Shown here in pieces: positions 54,526-64,000 of a DNA stretch of 64,000 bases. The stretch is from a virus (Duplodnaviria > Caudoviricetes). The DNA lies in IMG/VR virus record IMGVR_UViG_3300037478_000646, positions 1 to 64,000 of that record; one strand, 5' to 3'. The notes beneath the pieces are model-generated. The model was given only the letters and a program-made list of their open reading frames with translations, did no database searches and had not been told where the DNA came from. The translations under genes were made by a program, and so were the position numbers. Position 1 is the stretch's first letter. Every line of letters begins with the position of its first letter.

Positions 54526-57346
54526 CGACTTCCATGATCAGCCCGGAAAGCCCGGCCGCATAGCCAGGCTCGACCTGCAGGCAGACACGGCTGTCCGGAC
54601 TCCAGCTGCCGGCGAAGTCGTTCAGCGTCTCTTCATAAGTGGCCGCGAATGCATTCAGCGGATCGATCCGCGAGAAATCCGACTTGGTTTGCGGCAGAGG
54701 GAACAGATCGTCGAATGACGGGCCCACCTTGATGCCGCGCAGATCCGTGTCCAGAAACGCCATGCCGACGCGCTGCACCGTCTTGGGCTGCGTCAGCGCC
54801 GTTCCGTTCGGAATGCCGAAGGCCAGCTTGGCGGATTTGTACTGGCCATAATAGGGGCGGCCGATGACCAGCGTGCCGGACATGGCATTGGTCAGCGAGA
54901 TTGCGCCGGAGCTGACCGTATAGGTCGTGCCGTCCGGACCATAAGCGCCGCCGACAACCTGGCCGATGACGATGACGGCGCAGCCCTCCAGGTGATCCAG
55001 CCCGGTGATCGTCTGTCCGGCCGTGCTGGTCCCGGTTGCCGTAATGAAGCTGTCCGCCAGATACGGTCCGGCCGAGCGCGTGACCTTGCGCGTCGTCGTG
55101 TTAAAGGTACGCTGGATCACTTCGCGATGATGACGGAGCTTTTCGATATAGAAATAACCGGTATCGCCGCCGCCCTCGCCATCGCTCAGCGTGCGCTGGA
55201 CGACAAAATACACGTCATCTTCGATCTGACCGGGCAACACGGTCACGGAGATGATCCGATCCGCGGCGACGGTTTCTTCAAGATTGGTGATATGGCCGCT
55301 GATCATGCGGATCCAGCCGGCCACCTTCTCTTTGGGCTCGTAGATCAGGATGCAGCATACGCCGTCGTCGCGCACAGCCCAGACATAGGTTTCCGGCTGC
55401 CGCTGCACGGCCAGCTCGACAAAGCCGTCGTCATATGTGCCGGGCGCCGAGGACTCATAGAGCTGCTCATGCAGGCGCAGCAGGGACGAGGCGACATAAT
55501 CCTGTACCTCGACGTCATAATAGATCTCGCAAATGTCCTGGCCGGACAATTGCAGGAAGATGCCGCGCGTATCGACGCGGATCGGCGTTGCATTGAACGC
55601 GCCATAGGTCGATGCGGCCTTGAGCGTCAGCGCGGTCGGAGTCAATGGCTCATCGAAGTTCGACGAGCGCGCCGAGGCTTCCGCGCCCTCCAGGCCGAGA
55701 ATGAGCCGCTGTAGGGCCAGAAGCCACTGGATATCGGAAAACGTGCCGTCAATGGCGACGTTGCGCTGGATCGAGCCGCTATCGCCTTCAGTGTCCGTCG
55801 TGAAGGAATAGAACGAATCCGAGACCGACCCCCAGAACCGATCGTCACGGGCAAAGAACAATCGGCCGTCGAACTGCGCAATGGCCGTCGGGAAGCCGCG
55901 CAGAGGACTCCATTCGTCTTCAAGCCAGTCTGCCGTTGCGGCAACGTCCCTGAAATCGCTGAGCACTTCGGCGCTGACACTGGTCGCGCTCGAAAAGGCC
56001 GTCACCCGGCAGATGCCGGTGCCGCCATCCTGATCATACTGGATATTGATGACGGCCACACCCGACGTATAGGCGTTCATGATCACGCGATAATAGACGA
56101 TCGCATTGTCATCATCTTCATCGATGCTGGTTGTGGTGTTCGTCGTGATGTCAGATCCGATGTCCTCGAACCCGGAAAACTCGCTGTCGAACGAGCGCTG
56201 GATACGCAACGTACCGGACCACGTGCCTGATGTGATCACATCAAAATTACGGTCACTGTTGCCGGAATCTGGCTTGATCCCGACAACGCGAATGGTCTTC
56301 GTGTACTCGCCCGCCGCCGCCAGGCGATAGGTGGCATTGACATTCTCATGCGTGAGCTTGAACAGCGCGCCGACATGCGATGAACTGAAGAAGCTGGCGG
56401 AAGCCGAGAGAGTGATATTGCCCTGTGTGGCTGATGGCGTCAGCTTGACATCGGCCGTCCGCGCCAGCGTGAACGGCCCATTGTTGGAATAGTAATCCAC
56501 TACGGACCAGGACCGCAGATCAGTCGTGCTGCTGCCGCGCCGCTCGATCTTGAATTGCCGGCTGCCGCGCATGGCGCAGAACACAACGTCCAGCGATTGC
56601 GAGTACCGGATCGAGCGCAGGGTATCGAGATCCCAATCCGCATCGATTTCCATGACGCCGGCCGATTCAACCAGGCAGGAATTCACGACCACCTCATTGG
56701 GCGATTGGGATTTGAACCAGACATGATAGGTTCCGGTTGGTGTGAACGCCAGCGAGTGAAAGCCCTCGCCAAGCGTCGTTTCCCTGATATAGCTGTCGCT
56801 GCCGGCGCTTGATCCGCAACGGAACAGCACTTCACCGCGCGTGACCTGAATGCGCAGTGCATGTTCCGTGCCCGCCGAAGACGTCGTGACCGCCTGCCGA
56901 ATTATGACCGAGCCGCCTTGAGCTGGTGCGTTGAGCGCAACGCCGGCGCCGAACGTCGCCGAGGCCCCGCCAACCTCTGTTACGGTCCAGCCGGTCGCCG
57001 AGGACATGTCGCCATTGGTAAGGGCGCTTGTGACTGCCGGACGCGTGACAGGCTCGTCGTCGACATAGACCCGCATCATGCCGTCGCCGCCACTATTCGT
57101 GCCAAGCTCCAGCAGTGCACGCGCATCAATCGAGCGCGCAAAGGGAATGAGCCGCGAGCGCGTGGAAATCGTGGCGCCGAGATATTGCGTGCCGGGCCGC
57201 ATGATCGCCTTGCCGATCACATACGGGAACAGGTTGATCTGCTCTTCCGCCGAGAGCTGGATCCGCTCCTTGTCGACCCGGTTCAGTGCGGCCGGAGAAA
57301 CCTCACCGGCATTGAACAGATGCGTCAGGACATCGACTTGCGGCAT
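54509..57346 (-). CDS. Tail tubular protein B / nozzle
   Basis: 945 aa; FNAGEVSP N-terminus, RPGT.Y, YSQSLDV, F.GRLFFA, beta-propeller-like pattern. Confidence 0.85.
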   Translation of the reverse strand: MPQVDVLTHLFNAGEVSPAALNRVDKERIQLSAEEQINLFPYVIGKAIMRPGTQYLGATISTRSRLIPFARSIDARALLELGTNSGGDGMMRVYVDDEPVTRPAVTSALTNGDMSSATGWTVTEVGGASATFGAGVALNAPAQGGSVIIRQAVTTSSAGTEHALRIQVTRGEVLFRCGSSAGSDSYIRETTLGEGFHSLAFTPTGTYHVWFKSQSPNEVVVNSCLVESAGVMEIDADWDLDTLRSIRYSQSLDVVFCAMRGSRQFKIERRGSSTTDLRSWSVVDYYSNNGPFTLARTADVKLTPSATQGNITLSASASFFSSSHVGALFKLTHENVNATYRLAAAGEYTKTIRVVGIKPDSGNSDRNFDVITSGTWSGTLRIQRSFDSEFSGFEDIGSDITTNTTTSIDEDDDNAIVYYRVIMNAYTSGVAVINIQYDQDGGTGICRVTAFSSATSVSAEVLSDFRDVAATADWLEDEWSPLRGFPTAIAQFDGRLFFARDDRFWGSVSDSFYSFTTDTEGDSGSIQRNVAIDGTFSDIQWLLALQRLILGLEGAEASARSSNFDEPLTPTALTLKAASTYGAFNATPIRVDTRGIFLQLSGQDICEIYYDVEVQDYVASSLLRLHEQLYESSAPGTYDDGFVELAVQRQPETYVWAVRDDGVCCILIYEPKEKVAGWIRMISGHITNLEETVAADRIISVTVLPGQIEDDVYFVVQRTLSDGEGGGDTGYFYIEKLRHHREVIQRTFNTTTRKVTRSAGPYLADSFITATGTSTAGQTITGLDHLEGCAVIVIGQVVGGAYGPDGTTYTVSSGAISLTNAMSGTLVIGRPYYGQYKSAKLAFGIPNGTALTQPKTVQRVGMAFLDTDLRGIKVGPSFDDLFPLPQTKSDFSRIDPLNAFAATYEETLNDFAGSWSPDSRVCLQVEPGYAAGLSGLIMEVDANPQ

Positions 57347-57347
57347 G

Positions 57348-59099
57348 TCAGGCCCCCAGCCTTTCGACCATCAGCCCACGCGCCGTCAGTTCGGCGGCGG
57401 ACGTGCTCCCCGTAGCCTGCCCCGTAACCTTGATTTCCAGCGTCGACCCCATCGTCTGCGTCGTATTGATCGCGGCCGTGATCGGATGCGTCGATCCTTG
57501 CGTGAACAGGCCGCTGGCGCGCTGTGCCGCAGAACTGACGCGCGTGACCAGCGCTTCTGCGCGCCACGCCACATCGTTCATGACCAGATTGCTGCTATCG
57601 AGAACCACTTGCGACCCGAAATACAGCCGCACACGCTTGCCGATTGTCGTTGCCGCGGCGACGCCCCATGCCTGAATGCGCACGGCATGCCCGGAGCTCG
57701 CAAGCTGTCCGGCCGGCAGGTTATGGCTGAGCAGATCATCTTCGCCGCCCGTTGAAGACGCCGTGGCCCCGTCACTCGGATAGACCGTTGCCCGCGACGC
57801 CGCCCGCGTCACGTTAAGGACGCGCCAGTTGCCGGAGCCCTCATGCTGCACGATGGCGCGGTCGCCGGCGAACATCTGAATGCTCTGCCCGCCAGGGATG
57901 ATCAGCGATGTGCCGTTGTGCGTCAGCAGCAGCGATGAAGCAAAGCGCAGAAACTTCTTTGCGCCCGTCGGTGCGCTCGATCCGAATGACGTGATCGCCG
58001 TCGTGCCGGTGATCGAGATGGAATCCTGCCGCAGCGAGCCCAGGTTCGTCGTGGCCGCGGATGCCAGCGTCGTATCGCCAGAGACATTCGGATGCATGTC
58101 AGCCCGGAAATAGCCGATCACCCGCCACGTCTGGTCCGAATCGCGCCGCAGCAGCAGGATGTCATTAGCCAGCGTCGTGATCGCAATCCCGTCCGGTAGC
58201 CCGGTTCCGGCGCCGGTAATCCCGGCGATGCTGAGGCCGGCACTTTCGAAGCGGATGCACTTAATCGCGCCGATAGGCGTATTGGCGCCGCTGCCGAAAC
58301 TGTTGATCGTCGTCGTGCCGGTGATCTTATAGCACTGCTCGAATGTCTCGATCGTGCTGTTCTGATCCAGCTCCACCGTGCTTGCAGAAGCGATCGTGCG
58401 CTCCTGCGCAATGAGCGGATGACCGTCCTTGCGGAAATAGCCGATAACGCGAATGGCGCCGGCAACCGAGCGAATGATCATGATGTCGCCAGGGCGAGTC
58501 GTGATCAAGCCGGTATCGGTATTACCGCCGCCCGGCAAATAATTTATCGAAGCAGCAAGCACCAGGCTGCTTTCGAAATGGAGAATTCTTGTGCGGTTGG
58601 TCGCCAGCGTAATCGAGTTGATCTGCGTCGTGCCGGTAACGGTAACGAAATCGCCGTCAACATTATTAAGGTTGACCGTGCCGGCCGAAGCAACAGTATT
58701 GTTCGCCGTGAACTTGTCGAGCAGCCACTGCCGGAAAGTCAGCGCGTCCACGCCAACGTCAGGCGGATCGTCCGACACAACCTCATAGGCATGCCCGCCG
58801 TTGAGAGTGCCGCCCTCGGCGACCCAGACCGGCGTGCCCTTGACCAGATCGGTGTTGCCGTCAAAATCCCTTGTGCGTGTCCAGGCCGACGATGCCTGCT
58901 CATAAATGCCGTTCTGCTCGGAAGCCGTCTGATCCTTGACCAGCACACGCTTGTTTGCGCTGGTCGATGAAAAGCTGACTCCGTCGATCGTCATGAAGCC
59001 GCTGAGCGTTGGAATATCACCGGTCGAAGCGGCTGCGACCGGTTTCTTTGATCCGAACGTCGCGCGCGCGCCATCGAGCCGGTTGGTCGAGTCAACCAT
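57348..59099 (-). CDS. Tail fibre/appendage protein with three internal repeats
   Basis: VLVKDQTASEQNGIY...WTR..DFD N-terminal domain; three ASAxTxxL...TGTTxIxS repeats. Confidence 0.7.
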   Translation of the reverse strand: MVDSTNRLDGARATFGSKKPVAAASTGDIPTLSGFMTIDGVSFSSTSANKRVLVKDQTASEQNGIYEQASSAWTRTRDFDGNTDLVKGTPVWVAEGGTLNGGHAYEVVSDDPPDVGVDALTFRQWLLDKFTANNTVASAGTVNLNNVDGDFVTVTGTTQINSITLATNRTRILHFESSLVLAASINYLPGGGNTDTGLITTRPGDIMIIRSVAGAIRVIGYFRKDGHPLIAQERTIASASTVELDQNSTIETFEQCYKITGTTTINSFGSGANTPIGAIKCIRFESAGLSIAGITGAGTGLPDGIAITTLANDILLLRRDSDQTWRVIGYFRADMHPNVSGDTTLASAATTNLGSLRQDSISITGTTAITSFGSSAPTGAKKFLRFASSLLLTHNGTSLIIPGGQSIQMFAGDRAIVQHEGSGNWRVLNVTRAASRATVYPSDGATASSTGGEDDLLSHNLPAGQLASSGHAVRIQAWGVAAATTIGKRVRLYFGSQVVLDSSNLVMNDVAWRAEALVTRVSSAAQRASGLFTQGSTHPITAAINTTQTMGSTLEIKVTGQATGSTSAAELTARGLMVERLGA

Positions 59100-59127
59100 G
59101 GCCAGAATCCTTTGTTATCTCGAAAAA

Positions 59128-59766
59128 TCAGCTGTTGGGCGAGCGGCGCTGAGCGTTCAGGCCGCCATACGCACCGCGCCGCGCCGTCACGAGCAAGCTA
59201 CGCTCGAACCGGGACGGCGCCTGATTGAAGGCGTCACGCGCCTTCGCCGTTCTGAGTTTCTTGTCGGCTTCATTGCGAAGCTCCTTTCGCTCATTCATGC
59301 TGAGCGAGCCGATGCTGCCGGATCCGCGAGCCGCCAGCTCGAGAGCAAAGGCACGCGCAAACGAGCCAGGCCATTTGCCGACATCACGGCCATAAGCCTG
59401 ATCGTTCGACACATAGCCAAGATAGAGCGGATCGATCTCGGCCATGATGTAATCGTTCTCAAGCGAATAATTCTTGAGCGTATTCTGCAGCCATTCATCA
59501 TCAGAAATCGCGATCGTTTTCACATAATCGTCGGGATATTCATAGGCGTAGCTCCAGCCGAAAACGGCCGTTGCCGTGTCGGACGGCTGCAGTTCTTCAA
59601 CGCGCATGGCGAAATTCCACAGCCCGGCCTCCAGCAGGTATTCTTCTACCGAAGGCCAGAGCAAATCGAGCCCGCGCCGCTCTGGCCGATCATCGCTCAG
59701 TGTCGCGATCGGCCGCGTCTTGAGCTCGAAAAGCGTATCGTTGTAAATCCGCAGCTTGTCCGCCAT
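59128..59766 (-). CDS. Tail tubular protein A / adaptor
   Basis: KLRIYNDTL...LLEAGLWNFA...WSYAYEYPDDY...FARAFALELA. Confidence 0.85.
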   Translation of the reverse strand: MADKLRIYNDTLFELKTRPIATLSDDRPERRGLDLLWPSVEEYLLEAGLWNFAMRVEELQPSDTATAVFGWSYAYEYPDDYVKTIAISDDEWLQNTLKNYSLENDYIMAEIDPLYLGYVSNDQAYGRDVGKWPGSFARAFALELAARGSGSIGSLSMNERKELRNEADKKLRTAKARDAFNQAPSRFERSLLVTARRGAYGGLNAQRRSPNS

Positions 59767-59791
59767 GGTGCCCGCCTATCTGATATGCCGT

Positions 59792-60364
59792 TCAGGCCGC
59801 GACCGGCTCGGAAACTTGCGTACCAGTACCCTCGCCGCCAGTCTTGTCGCCGCCAGAACCTTCAGGAATGAACATGTTCATCTCATTGAGGTATTTGTCC
59901 AGCTCGGCCTCGGCCTCGGCTTTTTCCATGCCGCGCTTGACTTCCTTGCCGTCAATCCCGATCAGGCGCCATTTGGTCTTCGGCGTATGATCGATGCGGA
60001 TCATATGCTTGCCGCTGATCTTGTTGACCGGAACCGGCTGCGGCTCCTTGGCCTTGGCCATCGCCGCCTGGCGCGCAGCCTCGGCAATGTCAATACCCCT
60101 CGGCAAACGCCCGCCGCGCAGCTCGACCGTCACCCCACCGCGACTGACATGCGAGACGGTCACATCGACATCGAACGATCTGTCGCTGGCGATCAGGCGG
60201 ATGATGTCATTGATCTTCAGCTTGCCCTTGTGATGCGCCCAGAACAGCGGATTGAAAATATCATCGAATTCCACGCCGGGCGGCAATGTCTCGACATAAG
60301 ACGTAATCTTGTAATCCGCGCAATCGGCACGGGTAAGCGCCTTGGCCGGCAGATATTTTGTCAT
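59792..60364 (-). CDS. Hypothetical protein
   Basis: 190 aa, between the capsid block and the adaptor. Confidence 0.6.
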   Translation of the reverse strand: MTKYLPAKALTRADCADYKITSYVETLPPGVEFDDIFNPLFWAHHKGKLKINDIIRLIASDRSFDVDVTVSHVSRGGVTVELRGGRLPRGIDIAEAARQAAMAKAKEPQPVPVNKISGKHMIRIDHTPKTKWRLIGIDGKEVKRGMEKAEAEAELDKYLNEMNMFIPEGSGGDKTGGEGTGTQVSEPVAA

Positions 60365-60383
60365 GAGAACCCCTGTTTGATTT

Positions 60384-60416
60384 AAAAAAGACGGGCGGGG
60401 ATTGTCCCCGCCCGCA
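60384..60416 (-). terminator. Intrinsic terminator after the capsid block
   Basis: Minus strand GCGGGCGGGG-ACAAT-CCCCGCCCGT followed by CTTTTTT. Confidence 0.8.
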
Positions 60417-60420
60417 TCCG

Positions 60421-60723
60421 TTACGAAGACGAACTGCCGATGACAGTCGCCGAAGCGCCATTCGTGCTGACGGAAGACACCATCAGAGAATGAAACGCTT
60501 GAGGCACGCCAGCCGTGGAGAGGCGGGCATAATTAATGACGTCCAAAGGACGCATGCCGCGTTTGTCTCCATCAGAAAAATATCCAGTGGCGATCACCGT
60601 CGCAAGCGCGTCAGTGTTCTGATACCCATAGATATTCATCGAGTGGAGGGTCGAGCTGACATTCGGCCCGCCTGCAACGCCAGGCGTCAACAGGTAGGCG
60701 CCATTCGATGTCGAGTACGCCAT
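60421..60723 (-). CDS. Small capsid-associated/decoration protein
   Basis: Immediately after the capsid gene with GGAGG RBS; TDALATVIATGYFSD. Confidence 0.6.
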   Translation of the reverse strand: MAYSTSNGAYLLTPGVAGGPNVSSTLHSMNIYGYQNTDALATVIATGYFSDGDKRGMRPLDVINYARLSTAGVPQAFHSLMVSSVSTNGASATVIGSSSS

Positions 60724-60738
60724 GATTATCGATCCTCC

Positions 60739-61578
60739 TTAACTGCCCACATACTCGCTGCCATCGTGATTCATCACGACAACGCCAGTATTCTGCAGCA
60801 GCGCCGCATTGTGGTAGATGGTTGCGCGAGACCAGCTGATATCCTGCTTCTCATCGTAACCGGCGCGCGCATCCATCTCTTTCGAGTTGGCAGCGTGACC
60901 GATCGAGTTGCGATGCAGCATATAGCATTTCTCGGCGTTGGTTCCCTTGGCCGGAAGGTTCGGATGAACCATCCAGTTCACGCTCGCCCAATTCCGCATT
61001 CTGCGGGTGCGCCCGGTGAATGCCTTCACGTCCACGTAATCCGCAGACGAGAACTCAGGGATCTGCATCAGGTATGCCTCGAAAGCAGGCGAGATGATGC
61101 CGAACATGCTGTCGGCTTCCCAGATCGGGACTTCCGCATTGCCAAGAATGGTGCGCGCCTTCATGACCAGATCCAGGTTGGCCTTGACAGCCGTTCCGGT
61201 ATCCACAGTCGCCGTGTCCAGCTCTTCCAGAATCACCTGATCGATGTCCTGGTTGATGATGGTCACAGACGCCTTCTGCATGATCTTGCGCTGATCGCCC
61301 TGCGAAGCGAAAATATTGAAATTGGTTCGCTCGAAAGGCCCGTGCGTTTCCTTGAGCGTGCAAGTGAACTGCTCGTTGGAAACGGTATAGAACGGAATGA
61401 GACCGTTGACCCCACGTGTTACGGCCGTGGCGCTGCCGGCACCAGAAACAAGGAACGTAGCAATGTTGCCCTTGATCATGGTTTCCTGCACGCAACAGAC
61501 GCGGAGCATGGAATAATCCTGCTCGAACAGGTCGACGGTTTCCTCCCGGTACATTGTCATGAATGCCAAATCGGTCAT
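60739..61578 (-). CDS. Major capsid protein
   Basis: GGAGG RBS; position after scaffold; A.TRG.NGLIP, IGHAAN pattern of podoviral capsid proteins. Confidence 0.8.
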   Translation of the reverse strand: MTDLAFMTMYREETVDLFEQDYSMLRVCCVQETMIKGNIATFLVSGAGSATAVTRGVNGLIPFYTVSNEQFTCTLKETHGPFERTNFNIFASQGDQRKIMQKASVTIINQDIDQVILEELDTATVDTGTAVKANLDLVMKARTILGNAEVPIWEADSMFGIISPAFEAYLMQIPEFSSADYVDVKAFTGRTRRMRNWASVNWMVHPNLPAKGTNAEKCYMLHRNSIGHAANSKEMDARAGYDEKQDISWSRATIYHNAALLQNTGVVVMNHDGSEYVGS

Positions 61579-61854
61579 TTCATGTACCTCCAGAAGAATT
61601 GTCAGATTGAAGTTCGAGCCGCTGGAAAAGGGTGGCCGGATCGATCAGCCAGGCGCAGGGTATCCCGATCTGACGATCAGGGGCTGCAGAGGCTTGAATG
61701 TTCCGGAGCTATCCATAGGCAGTGAATGCCGGGGCATCGGGGCTGCAAAGGCAGGGTGTCCGAGCCAGTTCGGCTACGTCACAAAGTGACAAACGTTCGC
61801 CGCATCGAACATTTTCAGATGTGCGGCACGACGAACAATGAATGACGTGGAAAA

Positions 61855-63117
61855 TTACTTGCGATACCGGTTTTCCCGGCGTTCTTCTTCCTGCTTAATT
61901 TCCAACAGACGATCAGCAGGGCTCTTTCCGGTCTTCGAATCAACGCGGTAATAGGCGTCATTATCTTCCTTGCGCAGCTTCTCGATCTCAGCCTTCTCAT
62001 TGTTGAGGCTGACTTTCTGATCCGGTGTGACATAACCGCCATCGCCGTAGATCGAGCGGGCCATCTCGCCCATGCCTTCCATGAACTGCGGCATGTTGCT
62101 GAACAAACGCCAGCGCTTCGTCTCAGGATCGTAAAAACGTGCGCTGGTCAGAATGCGCCGGCCTTCCTCGCCAAAGGCATCATCCATCAAACGTGAGATA
62201 ATTTTCATCTGCGGCTTGAACTCGGATACGCCAACCTGTAAGCGAACATGATCCTCGACAGCTTCGCGATCCGCAGCATCGCCAGAGGCCATGGTTTCTT
62301 CCATCGCCTCTTCTTCCTGCTTGGACTGGCGCACATGCCAGCTTACAAGTTCGTTTACGGCCGGCTGGGACAGGCCAAGACCGAAAGCCGTTTCCCGGAA
62401 CTCACCAAGCAGCCCGTCGTCATCCTTCTTCCATTCATGACCGGGCACATTCGGAATCGTATATTCATCGGCGGCCGCAGGCAGACCCAGCTCCTTACGC
62501 CGCTCGGCCTTCTCTTCATCAGGGGCGTCGACCGGGAACAATTCCTTGTGCGCACCCTCGGAAAGCTTCTGCTTCGCCGCCAGCCCGGCAATGATCGCCT
62601 CTTCCGGCGATTTCATGCGCTTGAGCTGATTCATGATGGCCGTGCGCTGCTTCTTCAGCTTCGAGGCCGTCATCGTCTCTTCAAGCTTGGCCGTGATCTT
62701 GTCGACAATCGCCAGCCGCCAATCGTCATCGCCAGACTTTTCATCCTTCTTGTCATCAGTGTCTGCATCATCGCCATCGCCCGATGCATCATCAGCTTTC
62801 TTGCCGGACGGTTTCTTGTCGTCGACCGACGCATCATCATCGCCGTCATCAGCATCAAACACCGATCCGCCGATTGGTTTCTTGCTCTTCTTGCCATCAT
62901 CGGCAGCAGCCTTGCCGCCCTTCTGATCATCAGCCGGATCAGCCCTGCCCTTGTCTGCAAGCGGCGCGTCAGCAGGCTTGCCGCCGCTCTCGTCAGCGCC
63001 CTTGTCGTTTGCCGACGCATTGCCGCCATCGGTATCGCTGTTGTCAGCATCAGCATCGCTTGTATCGATCGTGGCGAGATCGTCAGCCGTGATTGGCGTC
63101 TTGTCTTCGGGTGGCAT
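61855..63117 (-). CDS. Capsid scaffolding-like protein
   Basis: Acidic, disordered N-terminus; ELGLPAAADEY; upstream of the capsid gene. Confidence 0.7.
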   Translation of the reverse strand: MPPEDKTPITADDLATIDTSDADADNSDTDGGNASANDKGADESGGKPADAPLADKGRADPADDQKGGKAAADDGKKSKKPIGGSVFDADDGDDDASVDDKKPSGKKADDASGDGDDADTDDKKDEKSGDDDWRLAIVDKITAKLEETMTASKLKKQRTAIMNQLKRMKSPEEAIIAGLAAKQKLSEGAHKELFPVDAPDEEKAERRKELGLPAAADEYTIPNVPGHEWKKDDDGLLGEFRETAFGLGLSQPAVNELVSWHVRQSKQEEEAMEETMASGDAADREAVEDHVRLQVGVSEFKPQMKIISRLMDDAFGEEGRRILTSARFYDPETKRWRLFSNMPQFMEGMGEMARSIYGDGGYVTPDQKVSLNNEKAEIEKLRKEDNDAYYRVDSKTGKSPADRLLEIKQEEERRENRYRK

Positions 63118-63305
63118 TATTTCGCGCCTCCCGCCGCCTTATCGAGACCTTCCTTCATCTTCCTGGCCTTGGCCTGCATGGCCTTCTTACGCGCCGGATC
63201 GGTCATGATCTTGTTGTACTGGACCACAGTGCTGACATCCATTTCGGCCTGCCATTCTTTTTCATCAACCGACATGCGCGGCTTTACAGATGCTGCCATC
63301 GTCAA
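63117..63305 (-). CDS. Small hypothetical protein
   Basis: EWQAEMDVSTV motif; coupled to neighbours. Confidence 0.55.
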   Translation of the reverse strand: MTMAASVKPRMSVDEKEWQAEMDVSTVVQYNKIMTDPARKKAMQAKARKMKEGLDKAAGGAK

Positions 63306-63661
63306 TTCCCCTTTTCCTTTGATTTGAAATGCGGATGCTTGAACCGAGATTCAGGCTGCGGCTTCAGCATCACTTCGGGCCGGAGCAGCTTGCGGATCAT
63401 CATGCCGACAAAACGCCTGCCCTCGGCGAACACCGTCTCGCGCTCGCCGCCCTCGTCATCCGGGCGAAAGGACAGATCGGAAAACTCATCGGTACCGCCC
63501 GAGACGTACATCAAATAGCGCCAGAACAGTTGCTGCTGCCCCTTGTTGGCCGTGCCCTCATGAACGGCCCGGACCGCATAGATGACGGTCTCGTCATACC
63601 AGGGCGGCAGCCAAGGGCGCTCCCGCGGATACCACGGGAGTGGTTCTTTCCATTTCGACAT
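63302..63661 (-). CDS. Bbp19-like phage protein
   Basis: LSFRP...RETVFAEGRRFVGMMIRKLL; usual position between portal and scaffold. Confidence 0.65.
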   Translation of the reverse strand: MSKWKEPLPWYPRERPWLPPWYDETVIYAVRAVHEGTANKGQQQLFWRYLMYVSGGTDEFSDLSFRPDDEGGERETVFAEGRRFVGMMIRKLLRPEVMLKPQPESRFKHPHFKSKEKGN

Positions 63662-63686
63662 GATTTCCCCGAAATTATGCGTGAAA

Positions 63687-64000
63687 TTATGCGGCGAGCG
63701 CCAGAATGGCGAGCAGCGCCTCTTCCTCTTCGGCCGCAGCAAGCTCTTCCGGATCCTGAAGATTGATAATCTTGCTATAATCGATCCGCTCCGGCGCTTC
63801 CCGTTTCGGCTTGGCCTCTTCCGGCCATTTGCCGACCTTGATGACCTTGATCTGGCGCGGCTTACGCTGGCGTACGCGCGTCTTGTGCGGCTTGTGCCAG
63901 GCACTGGCCTCGGCGCGCATACCGGAGCCGCCGATCGCAAGCGGCTGACGATCCGGAACGTCAAAATCACCAACAGCATCGGCACTGGCGCTGCCCTCAG
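63687..64000 (-). CDS. Hypothetical protein, 5' end outside the window
   Basis: Frame is open from the edge to the stop at 63687; C-terminus EEEALLAILALAA. Confidence 0.5.
   Translation of the reverse strand, partial: EGSASADAVGDFDVPDRQPLAIGGSGMRAEASAWHKPHKTRVRQRKPRQIKVIKVGKWPEEAKPKREAPERIDYSKIINLQDPEELAAAEEEEALLAILALAA

Larger units (their letters stand above)
1..64000. mobile_element. Tailed phage genome/prophage (podovirus-like, probable alphaproteobacterial host), incomplete in this window
   Basis: TerS, capsid, scaffold, tail tubular A/B, ejection proteins, endolysin/spanins and phage replication genes; no host housekeeping genes. Portal and TerL absent, and both edges cut minus-strand late genes. 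Confidence 0.95.

Noticed and set aside
57348-59099. Diversity-generating retroelement target
   Set aside because: No reverse transcriptase gene or TR/VR pair with adenine-specific differences was seen in the window; the repeats are protein-level

Overview
The window is most of a tailed-phage genome (or prophage), probably infecting an alphaproteobacterium. Host clues are a GcrA-like regulator, an Omp25-like porin and high GC. No host housekeeping genes are visible. Layout: (i) 1-9351, minus strand: RHH regulator, DNA methylases, terminase small subunit, then a sugar-modification cassette (sulfotransferase, PseB-like dehydratase, DegT/PseC-like aminotransferase) that runs off the left edge. 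(ii) 9450-13750, plus strand: small early genes. (iii) 13900-22365, minus strand: replication and regulation (SF2 helicase, split primase-helicase, initiator with iterons, GcrA, Cro). (iv) 22600-35430, plus strand: recombination and accessory genes. (v) 35550-64000, minus strand: podovirus-like morphogenesis and lysis (scaffold, capsid, tail tubes A/B, ejection proteins including a 4352-aa polyvalent protein, GH19 endolysin, spanins). Portal and terminase large subunit are not in the window. Main discovery: a TIGR-Tas-like RNA-guided system. A nuclease-less Nop/IS110-C-terminal-like gene (32674-33675) is flanked on both sides by 36-nt dual-repeat arrays, directly downstream of a minimal tyrosine recombinase. 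A third, orphan array of the same family sits in frame inside a late gene about 26 kb away. Other unusual structures: circularly permuted tRNA-like (YrlA-like) modules, four consecutive early genes each bracketed by its own ~20-bp inverted repeat, and an HNH endonuclease gene nested antisense inside the giant gene without breaking its frame. All family assignments come from motif recognition by eye; no database searches were run.
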